Origin: an uncultured Bdellovibrionales bacterium
GTDB taxonomy: Bacteria > Bdellovibrionota_C > UBA2361 > SZUA-149 > DAOLCO01
Direction of reading: 5' to 3'
Assembly: GCA_964353175.1 (NCBI GenBank)
Contig: CAYGUX010000005.1
Span: 84,373-148,372, forward strand
DNA length: 64,000 nt
Numbering within the stretch: the stretch's first letter is position 1; each line of letters starts with the position of its first letter. Under the pieces are notes generated by a model, which ran no database searches, was not told the origin of the DNA, and saw only the letters and a list, made by a program, of their open reading frames with translations. The translations under genes were made by a program, and so were the position numbers. Positions 10,007-20,821 of this stretch are shown one piece after another.

Positions 10007-10450
10007 TCAATCGCAAAAACTAGCTCTTTTGCCATTTCTACAGAATAGATTAGCAAAAAAACCTAATTTGGACCTCGTATCGGATACGCTACGCCCTCTT
10101 TCATCCAAGTCATGTTCATCGAATATTCCGTTAGAAAGGGCACTACTTGGTTTGTGTTCTGCAGCAATAATTTTTCGATCCGCATTTTCTATCGTAGAAT
10201 AGAATCCTGCCTTTAAAGAAGCATTTTCTTCAAAAAAAGTACCAATGACATACCATATTGCGATAGCTGAGAGTGTACCGAAAATAATCTTAACTTTAAT
10301 ACTCGGGCTAAACCAATTCTTCGTTTCTCCATCCTTATCTTTTTCAGATGAATTCGTCGCGGTGTCATTAGATGATGCTGTAGGAGCTACAGCTCTAGCC
10401 GAATTATCTACATTGTTTCGAAATGGGTGATAATTGTTTAGAGTACTCAT
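10007..10450 (-). CDS. Hypothetical single-pass membrane protein
   Basis: One hydrophobic segment (IIFGTLSAIAIWYVIGTFF). No recognisable motif. Confidence 0.3.
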   Translation of the reverse strand: MSTLNNYHPFRNNVDNSARAVAPTASSNDTATNSSEKDKDGETKNWFSPSIKVKIIFGTLSAIAIWYVIGTFFEENASLKAGFYSTIENADRKIIAAEHKPSSALSNGIFDEHDLDERGRSVSDTRSKLGFFANLFCRNGKRASFCD

Positions 10451-10674
10451 AAAATAGGTTATATCTAGACCAAAAATATTATCGTTTATAACAACGATAC
10501 CACTGTTATGGGTTGTTAAATGAAAGATGGATACTACAGTTGGTTATTTGATCCATCGAGGTGAATGTTGGGAAAAAAAGCCTATATTCTAATGCCTTAC
10601 AATCGATAGTTGTAGAGGATTCACGATCTAAGGTAAAAGCCATGATGACAGTACTTATAATGAAGCAATAAAAT

Positions 10675-11238
10675 ATGACTAAGGATGAGCTAAGAAATCA
10701 AAGTAAGGCAATAAGGTCTGGGGTTGTGGAAAAAGAACGTTTGTCTCAGGATATTAATTTTAAATTAATTGCTATGTTCAGACGAGAAGGCTTTAGAAAT
10801 GTGTCTTCCTACGTATCAATGGGTACAGAAGTTGATACATCGATTCTTCTCGATTATTGTTTAAAAGAATTTGGACATATCGCAATTCCTAATATTGAAC
10901 CCAATATGAATATGGGCATGGTAAGATTGGAGAGCCTAGATGAGCTTGTTATATCTAATTTCAACTTCGGCCAATTGAACCCCAATATTAAAAATTCTGA
11001 AAATCGCGACGTAGGAAGCTCTAGTCTGGATGTTATTATAGTGCCACTACTAGCTTTTGATATCAGTAGGAACAGATTAGGGTATGGTAAGGGTAACTAT
11101 GATAAGTATCTTTCAACTTTAAGTAATAATGTCCCTAAGGTTGGCATAGCCTTTTCTTCTCAAATTATAGATTCGATTCCAGTTGAAGCTCATGATGTTC
11201 AACTGGATATTATAATTACTGAGTCGAATCAGTTTTGA
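10675..11238 (+). CDS. 5-formyltetrahydrofolate cyclo-ligase (MTHFS)
   Basis: Family signature GYGKGNYDKYL (GYGxGYYDR in characterised enzymes), 187 aa. Confidence 0.75.
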   Translation: MTKDELRNQSKAIRSGVVEKERLSQDINFKLIAMFRREGFRNVSSYVSMGTEVDTSILLDYCLKEFGHIAIPNIEPNMNMGMVRLESLDELVISNFNFGQLNPNIKNSENRDVGSSSLDVIIVPLLAFDISRNRLGYGKGNYDKYLSTLSNNVPKVGIAFSSQIIDSIPVEAHDVQLDIIITESNQF

Positions 11239-12262
11239 TTTGGCTTTCAATGGCCCACTCTCTAAATGGATGATTCACTGTGACTTCGGGAGGTGGCTCT
11301 CCATTGATAAACTTATGACCGTAAGCTTTTGCTAGTTCAAGACTACGTTCGGAGCCGATATGTAGAAGTGTTAAGAGGGATTCTTTCCTAAGTTCTTTGT
11401 CACTAGAAAACTGCATGACATGCGAAACTTCATCTAACAGATCTGAACTTTTATTAGCTTGATCAATGACACAGGACAATGCGGTTATTTTAGCATGCCT
11501 TGTCTGACTAGACTTTAATATACTTTGTATCATCTCTTCTGATAACGTTACTTGCTCCTTACTTAGAATCTGAGAATAAAGACATGCAGGTAACACGATT
11601 GAATCTGAGTCTTCCAGATTCAAATTCTGCATTAAATTCCATTCCTTGACCTTTGCATAGCTACTGGTAAATTGTTCACTGAAAAAAGTTTCAACTTTAT
11701 CTTTGATTTCTTTAGGTAACACCAAGCCAAGCCTAAGCATGGCGGCACAAACATAGAGTTCAGGAGTAATATTCCCCTTCTCTGTTTGAACATCAAATCT
11801 TGCAACACATCGCTTATGGAAAGCATTTTCCACACTTTCAGGGGATTTAGTTACTCTTATTAAAGCCAATAAGCTCTGAAAATAAATACTTTGAGTATCT
11901 ATCGAAGGTTCGGATTTTAGAAATAGATTTAACAATGTAGAGGATGCAAAGGATGCTCTTTTACCAAATGAGCCAATTACTTTTACAATCTCTACCTTCT
12001 CAAGATCACTAAACTGATCTGGTGATTCTTTAAGTTGATCTATCATCTCCCTTATCATATCTTTGATGTGTTCTGGGATCTCTACTGCTCTTCTAATTTC
12101 AACGGTATTTTCACCTATGGATAGAGTTCTAATTTCTTCCAGTTTGCTATTTATGGAATTCGACTTACGGGGAACTGAAATAGAGTTGTAAATTAAGAAC
12201 CAAGCAAGTATTGCGACGAATAGAAATAATATAAAAAATAGTAGGCTATTTGCTTTCTTCAT
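11216..12262 (-). CDS. Hypothetical membrane-anchored protein. 1-nt overlap with upstream lgt.
   Basis: N-terminal TM helix then a helical soluble domain with no recognisable catalytic motif. Its stop/start arrangement suggests co-transcription with lgt. Confidence 0.3.
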   Translation of the reverse strand: MKKANSLLFFILFLFVAILAWFLIYNSISVPRKSNSINSKLEEIRTLSIGENTVEIRRAVEIPEHIKDMIREMIDQLKESPDQFSDLEKVEIVKVIGSFGKRASFASSTLLNLFLKSEPSIDTQSIYFQSLLALIRVTKSPESVENAFHKRCVARFDVQTEKGNITPELYVCAAMLRLGLVLPKEIKDKVETFFSEQFTSSYAKVKEWNLMQNLNLEDSDSIVLPACLYSQILSKEQVTLSEEMIQSILKSSQTRHAKITALSCVIDQANKSSDLLDEVSHVMQFSSDKELRKESLLTLLHIGSERSLELAKAYGHKFINGEPPPEVTVNHPFREWAIESQIKTDSTQ

Positions 12263-13059
12263 TAGCTATTAAATATGGATTGGTTGTTGAATGCACTTTT
12301 CTCTTTTGATGGGATAAATATCAGGATACTTCCAGCAATTACTAGGGGGATAGAGATTAATTGCGCTTGGGATAAACCAAGATATACAATATCTTCAATG
12401 CGAATAAATTCTATGGAAAAACGAACTATTCCACTTAGCACGAGGTAAAAACCAAATATTTGACCTTTATTCCCTAAATAAGATTTAACTGATTTAGAGG
12501 TAAGTAAAAGAAGTATTAGTATCGATAAAAGAGACTCATAAACAGGAGTCGGGTGTACGAATAATTCAGTCGGGACAACTCCATATTTATAACTAGTACC
12601 CCAAGGTAGAGTGGTCTCAATTCCATAGTCCCCATCTCCTGATAATTGGCAACCTATTCTACCCACGGCATACCCTAAAGCTAAAACTGGAGCGACAATA
12701 TCAGTCATAGTGAAAAATGAGAGTTTATTGATCTTAAGAAATAAGGCGATGCCAAGTGTTCCGCAAATTAAACCTCCATAAAAAACGAATCCAGCACTGC
12801 TGAAAATCGTATGTATTGGGTCGTTTAGTAAGGCAGCTGGGTTTGAAATAATGGAAAATAGTCGAGCTCCTATGAATCCACTAATCGCGGCCCAAGTAAT
12901 CATGTCTTCTGCATACTTAGGACTTAGATTGAGATATTCTAAGTTTTTAGCCAGTAAATAATAGGAAGCTAGGAAACACAACAACATGAGGAATCCAAAG
13001 CTATAAATAGGGAGATTGACTCCAAAAGGCAAAGAAATATCGAATAAAGTAATAAACAC
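12262..13059 (-). CDS. lgt: Prolipoprotein diacylglyceryl transferase
   Basis: Polytopic protein with the Lgt signature region GYAVGRIGCQLSGDGDYG and a C-terminal PTPVYESL (HPTxLYE-like). 265 aa. Confidence 0.85.
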   Translation of the reverse strand: MFITLFDISLPFGVNLPIYSFGFLMLLCFLASYYLLAKNLEYLNLSPKYAEDMITWAAISGFIGARLFSIISNPAALLNDPIHTIFSSAGFVFYGGLICGTLGIALFLKINKLSFFTMTDIVAPVLALGYAVGRIGCQLSGDGDYGIETTLPWGTSYKYGVVPTELFVHPTPVYESLLSILILLLLTSKSVKSYLGNKGQIFGFYLVLSGIVRFSIEFIRIEDIVYLGLSQAQLISIPLVIAGSILIFIPSKEKSAFNNQSIFNS

Positions 13060-13092
13060 AGATGTGTGAGTTTAAAATAGTGTATTAATAGT

Positions 13093-13704
13093 TTAGTTAC
13101 TACAGGTCTTTATTGCATCGCACAACGCTACTTTCATTTTCTCCCCTGACCAAGCTCTTTTACTGAGTATTCTAATGGAGTTTGGCTGTCCATCGGGATC
13201 ATTGATCGAAAGAAAGGTGGCATCTGAATTAACTAAAAACGTCTCCGGATAACCTTGAATATTTAGTTTTTCTATACTAGTCCATTCAGGATCCAATAGT
13301 ACTGGGAAGTTAATATTGAATTTTTTAGAGAATGATAATACTTGAGGTCTGGCCTTTGGAGGGTCCATATTTATTGATATCACTCTAAGTGGAGGAACCC
13401 CTATAGATGCGCTTTGAAGTTGCACTAGGTCAGGCATTTCTGCAATACATGGTACACACCATGAAGCCCAAAAATTCAGTAAATATGGGCCTTTCTTAGC
13501 CTCTTCATTTAGATTAACTAAGACCCCATTCATATCTAGTAACTCAATGTGGGGCAGCTTATCCCCTACCATGAATTCACTATTCATTAGCTTGGGTTGT
13601 GACTCTTCTGGATTACTATCACAACCGCTTAGCGAAATGTAAAAACCTATTAGAAGGATTATTAGATAGGATGTTTTATGTTGCACTAACATTGATTTAT
13701 TCAC
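13093..13704 (-). CDS. TlpA/ResA-like thiol:disulfide oxidoreductase lipoprotein (thioredoxin fold)
   Basis: Lipobox LSGC and the active site NFWASWCVPCIAEMP (WCxxC). Confidence 0.75.
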   Translation of the reverse strand: MNKSMLVQHKTSYLIILLIGFYISLSGCDSNPEESQPKLMNSEFMVGDKLPHIELLDMNGVLVNLNEEAKKGPYLLNFWASWCVPCIAEMPDLVQLQSASIGVPPLRVISINMDPPKARPQVLSFSKKFNINFPVLLDPEWTSIEKLNIQGYPETFLVNSDATFLSINDPDGQPNSIRILSKRAWSGEKMKVALCDAIKTCSN

Positions 13705-13853
13705 TTTTCAGAAATTAGATTTATTGCCACATGGTAAATCTGGTATTTTTAGACTTTTTGTTGTAGAAGATACAGCCCAACTGAACTACTTATTGTTGTT
13801 TCTATTTTTATAACTACAAAAAAATTGACTTTTCTACCTAATTTTTAAATTAT

Positions 13854-14855
13854 ATGAGAGACCTCTTTTTTACTATATTGATAAAGTTTGGTCTATGGTT
13901 AATCTCTCTAATACCTCCTTCTTTGTTCCTATTTTTTTCTAGAATAGTTGCTAGAGGACTTTTTCATTTCTTAGCCAGAGAAAGATCTATAATATACTAT
14001 CAACTCAAGTTTGTATTTCCAGAATTAAGTGATGCGGAGCTACTGGAATTAGGCAAGGAGTGTTTTTTATCTTTTAGTCTGCTTATCGTTGAAAGTGTAA
14101 ATTCAAAGAAACTAGTATCCAGGATTGCCTACCCTGGTGACCCTTCGAAAGAAGAAACTGGTTACTTCAAATATAAAGATTCTTGCGGTGTTGGCGAGAT
14201 ACATCAAAAAAATACAGGTGCGATTTGCTTGGTTTCTCACTCAGGCAATTTTGAGTTACTGGCAGCTTTTTATGTGGCAAAAGGTATTAGATTAACTTCT
14301 ATCGCTAGAGAACCCAATTATAAAGCCCTAATTAAGATAGTTAAAGACTTCAGGTCTTCTTATGGATTAGACTTCTTATGGAGAGAGGAAGTAGGCAATC
14401 CGATAAGATTGCTTAAGGTAATAAAATCAGGCCGATTTTTAGCGGCTTTAATTGATCAAGATACAACATTAGACAGTATTTATGCCAAGTTCTTTGGGCT
14501 TGAATGTGCTTTCCCTAAGGGGCCAATAAGCATCGCTATACGGATGAATAAGCCAGTTTTTGTCACATTTGATCGTAGGCTTAAGGATGGTAGTCATCAA
14601 GTACATATAAGTCGGGTCCACTGGGAGCAGTATGCGGATACTTTATCCAAGCAAGAGCTAGAGCAGTTTGTTGTGAATGAATATAGTGCACAATTGGAAA
14701 AACACATAAAAGCCACTCCATCTCAGTGGGTATGGTGGCACAGAAGGTGGCGTCGCAAGGAAGGAGAGAATCCCGAAGAACCAATGTCCACAGAGGCGTA
14801 TTTGGAATTTTTAAAACAAAAAATTGAACTACGTGAAAGAAATAAAGACTTATAG
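13854..14855 (+). CDS. Lipid A biosynthesis late acyltransferase, LpxL/LpxM (HtrB) family
   Basis: N-terminal membrane anchor. The HSGNFE motif corresponds to the HX4D/E acyltransferase motif of LpxL (HLGNWE). Confidence 0.7.
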   Translation: MRDLFFTILIKFGLWLISLIPPSLFLFFSRIVARGLFHFLARERSIIYYQLKFVFPELSDAELLELGKECFLSFSLLIVESVNSKKLVSRIAYPGDPSKEETGYFKYKDSCGVGEIHQKNTGAICLVSHSGNFELLAAFYVAKGIRLTSIAREPNYKALIKIVKDFRSSYGLDFLWREEVGNPIRLLKVIKSGRFLAALIDQDTTLDSIYAKFFGLECAFPKGPISIAIRMNKPVFVTFDRRLKDGSHQVHISRVHWEQYADTLSKQELEQFVVNEYSAQLEKHIKATPSQWVWWHRRWRRKEGENPEEPMSTEAYLEFLKQKIELRERNKDL

Positions 14856-14888
14856 GCGGAGTGGAAAAAATCTGCTATAGCAACATTT

Positions 14889-15242
14889 ATGAATGCACTT
14901 TTAGTTGACGATGATCCTATAATTGTTACTCTTGTAACTGCCATGCTCTCCTCTAAGGGCTATGATGTGCAATCTGTCTCCTCTGGCAATGAGTTGGTTC
15001 GTTTGCTCTCTGGTGAAGAGATTATTTTTGACCTCCTCCTAATAGACCTTCAATTAGGTGAGGAATCGGGGCTTGAGATTTTTAAAGCCAAACTAGAAAG
15101 CCGAATAGCTTTGGATAATGTCATTTTTATGAGTGCTAACTCAGAGAGAGACGCCATAGAGCTTTATCATCTCACTGAAGATATGAAGTTCTTGGAAAAA
15201 CCGTTTAGCTCAAATCAGTTGTACAATCTGATTCACCTGTAA
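14889..15242 (+). CDS. Single-domain response regulator (CheY-like receiver)
   Basis: LLVDDDP acidic pocket, a conserved Asp in LLLIDLQLG, and Ser/Lys downstream (FMSAN...KP). 117 aa, no output domain. Confidence 0.7.
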   Translation: MNALLVDDDPIIVTLVTAMLSSKGYDVQSVSSGNELVRLLSGEEIIFDLLLIDLQLGEESGLEIFKAKLESRIALDNVIFMSANSERDAIELYHLTEDMKFLEKPFSSNQLYNLIHL

Positions 15243-15622
15243 AATCACTTGTTCTGTTCGAGGTGTTTGTCGTTGATATTTGGATAATAGAATGCTTGTA
15301 CTACAGGCATGCGTCCACAGAATGGACTTAGTTAACTAAATATTTTTGCGTATTTATCCCTCATTTGATTGAATTTAGTATATTCGTGCTAGAGCTATGT
15401 AGATTATTCTCTAGCAATACTAGGCTATTGCACCGCCAACAAGCGTGCACTCCACTTGACTTGACCGAATGTTGGCCGAAAAAGAAAACACTTGATTGAT
15501 ATCAAAATACCTGTAACCATAGAAGGTATAGCAATCATCTTAATGTTATAGACAGAGTTTCAGATGTAGGATCGTATGTAGTTTTAAAGCACTAAATTAA
15601 TCCCAATTAGGAGACCTTAACC

Positions 15623-17581
15623 ATGGCGCCCGAGAAGAAAACAGATAATTCAGTTCAAGATCAATTTAGAGCAATTATAGACAAGGATCGCGAAACTCGA
15701 CAGAGAAATCATTGGAAGGGATCTGCATTAGAGTATCTAGACCTAGTCAAAACAAATCCGATAATAACTCAACTCTCCCACCAGAGACTTTATCAAATGT
15801 TAATTGAACCTGGTGTTGAAGAAATTAAAGTTGAAGATGATCCAAAGCTGACTCGCCTATTCAAAAATAAAAAATTAAGAAGATATGGGTTCTTTGCTGA
15901 AGATTTCTTTGGAATGGAAGAGACCGTTGCTAATGTTGTAAGGTACTTTCATTCTGCTTCTCTTAGAGGAGAAGAAAGTCGGCAGGTGCTATATCTAGTA
16001 GGGCCCGTGGGTTCTGGTAAAAGTTCTTTAGCTGAGAAGTTGAAGAAGGGATTAGAGGAGTTGCCACCAATTTATTCTATTGAAGGTTGTCCGATGTTTG
16101 AAGATCCCCTACACCTTATCCCCAGACATTTGCGAAAAGAGTTTGAAAAGATGCTTAACATTAAGATAGAGGGTGATCTATGCCCCGTTTGTAGGTATAA
16201 ACTAAAAGAAGAATACAAAGGGAAATGGGAAGAATATCCGGTTGTAACACGGGAATTCAGTCGAAGAGGTAGAGTTGGTGTTGGAGTAGTTCCACCTGTT
16301 GATCCTAACAATCAAGATACAAGTGTTTTAATTGGTTCAGAGGATATTTCTAAACTTGATAGATATTCCGAAGGTGACCCTAGGGTATTAGACCTAACTG
16401 GTGCCTTGAACGTTGGTAATAGAGGGATGGTTGAATTCATAGAAGTATTTAAGAATGAAACTGAATACCTTCACGCAATGATTACTGCTACGCAAGAAAA
16501 GTCCATACCCGCTCCCGGAAGGCATGGAATGATATATGTGGATACTTGTATCGTTGCGCATTCAAACGAGGCTGAGTGGAAGAAGTTTAAGGCAGATCAT
16601 ACGAATGAAGCTATCCTAGATAGAATTGTGGTTGTAAAGGTTCCATATAACTTAAGACTTTCAGAAGAAGTTAAAATTTATAATAAAATCATAAGGCAAT
16701 CTAATTTTAACGCTGATATTGCACCTCATACAATTGAATTAGCTTCCAAGTTCGCAATTCTGACTAGACTTGAAGGGTCTAATAAATGCGACTTAATGAC
16801 TAAGTTAAAACTGTATAACGGTGAAGAGATAGTCGAGAAAGGTAAAACAAAGAAGATAGATGTATCAGAGTTGAAAGAAGAGTCGAAACGAGAAGGTATG
16901 GATGGAATCTCCACACGTTTTATAATGAAAGCTCTTGATAATGCCTTATCTGATAATATCGAAAGTAACTGCATTCACCCTCTCAATGTAAGGGAAGCTT
17001 TAATCAATATGGTTAAGGCTGGTGACTTGCCAGATGAGACTAAGAGAAATTACTTAGAAATACTTCGTGATGTTATTCATAAAGATTACTTAGAAATTTT
17101 GGAAAAGGAAATTACAAAAGCTTTTGTATATTCATATCAAGAACAAGCGGAGACTTTATTCCAGAACTACTTAGATCATGCTGAGGCCTATGTGACGAAG
17201 AAAAAGTTAAAAGATAGGCGAACTGGAGAGGAACTTGAACCAGACGAAGCATTTTTAAAATCAATTGAAGAGCAGATTGCTATAGTAGGAACTGCTTCAG
17301 ATGGATTTAGGCAGGAAGTTATCGCCTACCTTTGGTCGATTGGAAGGCGTGGAGAAAAAGTCAGCTACGAATGCTATGAACCATTAAAAGAAGCTATCGA
17401 GAAGAAGTTAATGCTGAGCGTCAGAGATGTCTCTAGAATTGTAACTAAAGCGAGGACCAGAGATTCAGAGCAGCAAACTAAGTATGATACTATGGTTGAG
17501 CAACTGATTGGAAATGGTTACCCGCCAGCATGTGTTGACGTGATTCTGAAGTATGCTTCAAACCATCTATGGAAAGATTAA
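15623..17581 (+). CDS. prkA: PrkA family serine protein kinase (YeaG-like)
   Basis: AAA-type Walker A GPVGSGKSSLAEKLKKGLE followed by the PrkA C-terminal domain. 652 aa. Good SD (AGGAGA) upstream. Confidence 0.9.
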   Translation: MAPEKKTDNSVQDQFRAIIDKDRETRQRNHWKGSALEYLDLVKTNPIITQLSHQRLYQMLIEPGVEEIKVEDDPKLTRLFKNKKLRRYGFFAEDFFGMEETVANVVRYFHSASLRGEESRQVLYLVGPVGSGKSSLAEKLKKGLEELPPIYSIEGCPMFEDPLHLIPRHLRKEFEKMLNIKIEGDLCPVCRYKLKEEYKGKWEEYPVVTREFSRRGRVGVGVVPPVDPNNQDTSVLIGSEDISKLDRYSEGDPRVLDLTGALNVGNRGMVEFIEVFKNETEYLHAMITATQEKSIPAPGRHGMIYVDTCIVAHSNEAEWKKFKADHTNEAILDRIVVVKVPYNLRLSEEVKIYNKIIRQSNFNADIAPHTIELASKFAILTRLEGSNKCDLMTKLKLYNGEEIVEKGKTKKIDVSELKEESKREGMDGISTRFIMKALDNALSDNIESNCIHPLNVREALINMVKAGDLPDETKRNYLEILRDVIHKDYLEILEKEITKAFVYSYQEQAETLFQNYLDHAEAYVTKKKLKDRRTGEELEPDEAFLKSIEEQIAIVGTASDGFRQEVIAYLWSIGRRGEKVSYECYEPLKEAIEKKLMLSVRDVSRIVTKARTRDSEQQTKYDTMVEQLIGNGYPPACVDVILKYASNHLWKD

Positions 17582-17603
17582 CTTATTAGGTTAAGATAAT
17601 AAA

Positions 17604-18827
17604 ATGAGTACAATCTTTAGACCCTATGGTGGGGAGGATAAGCGTTCTGATCGAAGTGCTGGTGATAGAGCTAGACATCGGCAAAAAATCCGAGATTCGA
17701 TTAGGGGTAATATAGCCGATGTTCTCTCTGAAGAATCTATTATTGGAAGAGATAAGGATAAAGTAATTAAGGTTCCTATACGGTCAGTTAAGGAATATCG
17801 CTTTATTTATGGGGATAACAGTCCTGGCGTAGCTCAAGGTAACGGAGAAGTTCAACCAGGTGATGTTGTGGGGAAAGCTGATCAAGGTGATCCGAACGCA
17901 GTTGGACCCGCAGGAGAGCAGCCTGGAGTCGATGCGATAGAGACAGATATTACTCTTGAAGAGTTGATCGATATCATGTTTGAAGATTTGGAGTTGCCAG
18001 AACTTCAAAAGAAAGCATTGAAAGCTATCCCTAGTGAAGACGCTTACAAAAGACATGGTACTCGTAGAGAAGGAATTCGGGCACGTTTAGATAAAAGAAA
18101 AACTGCAAGAAATAGAGTTAGGCGAAAACTATCCATTGTTCGAAACAATGAGAATGTAGATGACCCTGACTTCATACTAGATGAAGAGGATAGAAGATTC
18201 CCTTTTCACAAAGATGATATGCGGTATTATTACATTACTGAAGATACAAAACTTCAGTCCAATGCAGTAGTTGTGTGTATTATGGACACCTCTGGTTCTA
18301 TGGGGACAACTAAAAAGTACCTTGCTAGGAGTTTCTATTTTTTACTGTATCAGTTTGTGCGAATGAAATATCAAGAAGTTGAAATAGTTTTTATCGCCCA
18401 TCACACTGAAGCAAATGAAGTTAACGAAAAGGAATTTTTCCATAAGGTTGAGTCCGGTGGGACTTATATTTCCTCGGGTTATGAAAAAGCTTTAAATATT
18501 ATTGAAGAGCGTTACCACCCTTCCCTTTGGAATGTATATGCATTCCATTGCTCAGATGGAGATAACTTTTATAGTGATAATGAAAAAGCGCTTGGTTTAG
18601 CAAATGAGTTATGTAAAGTTTGTAATCTATTTGGTTATGGAGAGATAAAACCAAGTGGGACAGCTTACTATAGTGGGAGTATGCTTGAAGTTTTTTCTAA
18701 ATTGGAACATGAAAATTTTCAATCAATAACAATTGAAAAGAAAGAAGATTTATGGGCTGGTTTTAGATCTTTTATGTTGAGAGATTCTGTTGTTAAGGAA
18801 GCTATAAAGAACGACGAGGAAACATGA
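17604..18827 (+). CDS. yeaH: YeaH/YhbH family protein (DUF444, vWA-like)
   Basis: Positioned immediately after prkA. Conserved DUF444 blocks (VVCIMDTSGSMG, an MIDAS-like DxSGS). 407 aa. Confidence 0.85.
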   Translation: MSTIFRPYGGEDKRSDRSAGDRARHRQKIRDSIRGNIADVLSEESIIGRDKDKVIKVPIRSVKEYRFIYGDNSPGVAQGNGEVQPGDVVGKADQGDPNAVGPAGEQPGVDAIETDITLEELIDIMFEDLELPELQKKALKAIPSEDAYKRHGTRREGIRARLDKRKTARNRVRRKLSIVRNNENVDDPDFILDEEDRRFPFHKDDMRYYYITEDTKLQSNAVVVCIMDTSGSMGTTKKYLARSFYFLLYQFVRMKYQEVEIVFIAHHTEANEVNEKEFFHKVESGGTYISSGYEKALNIIEERYHPSLWNVYAFHCSDGDNFYSDNEKALGLANELCKVCNLFGYGEIKPSGTAYYSGSMLEVFSKLEHENFQSITIEKKEDLWAGFRSFMLRDSVVKEAIKNDEET

Positions 18828-20275
18828 AATTTTTGGACCTTGAAGATTGGGATAACAGAATTCAAGAGTTGGTTTCTCATTTTGGATTAAATTGTTATCC
18901 GCAAGAGTTTGAAATTTGTGATCATTTTGAGATGTTAGGATACATGTCCTATTCCGGCATGCCTAGTCGGTACCCTCATTGGTCCTATGGAAAATCTTAT
19001 GAAAGAGAAAAGACTCTTTATGATTACGGTGTTGGTGGATTACCCTATGAAATGGTGATTAATTCTAATCCATGCCTTGCTTATCTCATGAGAGATAATA
19101 CGGATTTGCTTCAAATCCTCACTATCGCCCATGTATATGGACATAATGACTTCTTCGCTAATAACTTTACATTCACCTCTGGGATAGATGCTAAGTATTC
19201 ATTAGAAATGTTTAAAACACATGCTGATAGAGTTCGATCCTATATTGAGGATCCTTCTATCGGGATTGAAAGAGTAGAGCGGGTACTAGATGCTGCTCAT
19301 GCCCTGAGTTTGCAAAGAAGTAAAAACTTAGCCATACGGAAATTGAGTAGAGGCGAACAACAGTTTAGAAAACTTGAAAATTCTCAAATTAAAGAAGATG
19401 AGTTTAGTAACTTGCATCAGAAAGAGGTTTACCGCACCCCCAACCTCTCTCGCTTGCCCTTGGAACCAGATGAAAATATTTTAGAATTTATCTCAAAGTA
19501 TGGTCCAAGTTTGGCAGACTGGGAGCGAGATCTTTTAGCGATAGTTGATAAGGAAGCATCTTATTTTATCCCTCAGATTGAAACAAAAATTATGAATGAG
19601 GGTTGGGCTAGTTATTGGCACTTCAGAATTTTAAATGAATTGAATTTGCCACAAGGCTTACACATGGAGTTCTTGGTACGCCATAATCAAGTGTTAAGGC
19701 CCACGCCAGGAGGTTTAAATCCCTACCACCTAGGATTCATTATATGGAAAGACATAGAGAGACGATGGAACCAAGGTGATACAGGGATGGAATTTGCTAA
19801 TGAGAATCATAAAATTGATTCTTCTAACATGCATGAAAATGATACTCCTGGTAGAAAAAAAATGTTTGAAGTTAGGGAATCTGATCGAGATGTTTCATTT
19901 CTAAGAAGGTTTTTAACGAAAGATGTAATGCAGGAACTCGATTTGTTTCAACATGAAAAACGGGCTAAAGAAAGAGTGGTTACAAAAATAGCTGATGAGG
20001 AAAACTGGCAAGACGTCAGAGATACCTTAATTCGCTCAGTAGGTATGGGTTCTCGGCCAATTATAAAGATTGTAGATGCGGATTTTGGAAAGGATAGAAC
20101 TCTCTTTTTAAGGCATGAACATGAGGGGAGAGATTTGCAACTTGATTACTGCGAAAAGACTTTGGCGCACCTAGAAAGTTTATGGAGACGTAATGTTGTC
20201 CTAGAAACAGTACTAAATGGCAAAAAATCAAAATTAAAACTGATTGATGATGCTTTAAAGGTAGAAAGAGCTTGA
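18824..20275 (+). CDS. spoVR: SpoVR family protein
   Basis: 4-nt overlap with yeaH. Conserved SpoVR blocks (HVYGHNDFFANN, NEGWASYWH). 483 aa. Confidence 0.85.
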   Translation: MKFLDLEDWDNRIQELVSHFGLNCYPQEFEICDHFEMLGYMSYSGMPSRYPHWSYGKSYEREKTLYDYGVGGLPYEMVINSNPCLAYLMRDNTDLLQILTIAHVYGHNDFFANNFTFTSGIDAKYSLEMFKTHADRVRSYIEDPSIGIERVERVLDAAHALSLQRSKNLAIRKLSRGEQQFRKLENSQIKEDEFSNLHQKEVYRTPNLSRLPLEPDENILEFISKYGPSLADWERDLLAIVDKEASYFIPQIETKIMNEGWASYWHFRILNELNLPQGLHMEFLVRHNQVLRPTPGGLNPYHLGFIIWKDIERRWNQGDTGMEFANENHKIDSSNMHENDTPGRKKMFEVRESDRDVSFLRRFLTKDVMQELDLFQHEKRAKERVVTKIADEENWQDVRDTLIRSVGMGSRPIIKIVDADFGKDRTLFLRHEHEGRDLQLDYCEKTLAHLESLWRRNVVLETVLNGKKSKLKLIDDALKVERA

Positions 20276-20307
20276 ATGAAGATTAGGTTAAAGATAATCT
20301 AATTAAT

Positions 20308-20793
20308 ATGATATTCGATAATCTAATTATTATTCTTTTAGGCCTAGTTTTACTTTCCTTACTACTAAGTAGGGTATTGATGTTAGTAATGGTACCGAGA
20401 ATTATTCGATTAGAGGGGGATAAGGTTGATGAATCTAGTTCAAATGTTCCAAACTCATTTAGGGTATTTTGCTCGTCCGAAAGAATACTAAATAAAATAT
20501 GGAAAATATTACCCTGGGAATCTACAGGCGTTTTAGTTTTTGATGGAGCAAATATTCATTATCAAGGTGAAAAGAAACGCGGTCGTCATGTTCAATATAA
20601 GTTCCCTCGCCATAATGTAAAAATCACCTATCTTCCTTCTAACTACTATAGAGATGGTGGACTTACTTGGATCTCAATAGAGTCTCACTCATTTAAATTC
20701 TTTTTTACATCAGTTACAAAGTCTGAATTTGACCTAGATGACTCAGAGTCAACGACTGGCATATATAGATTAGTTTCGAATTTAGAGTCTTAA
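20308..20793 (+). CDS. Hypothetical membrane-anchored protein
   Basis: N-terminal TM helix. No recognisable motif. Confidence 0.3.
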   Translation: MIFDNLIIILLGLVLLSLLLSRVLMLVMVPRIIRLEGDKVDESSSNVPNSFRVFCSSERILNKIWKILPWESTGVLVFDGANIHYQGEKKRGRHVQYKFPRHNVKITYLPSNYYRDGGLTWISIESHSFKFFFTSVTKSEFDLDDSESTTGIYRLVSNLES

Positions 20794-20821
20794 TAGATCT
20801 AAGCAAAACTACTCTAATTTT

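Noticed and set aside
15243-15622. Looked for a sigma-54 (-24 GG / -12 GC) promoter or other defined element in the long prkA leader
   Set aside because: The only GG...GC candidate (AGGCTATTGCA near 15420) has the wrong spacing. I saw no convincing match.
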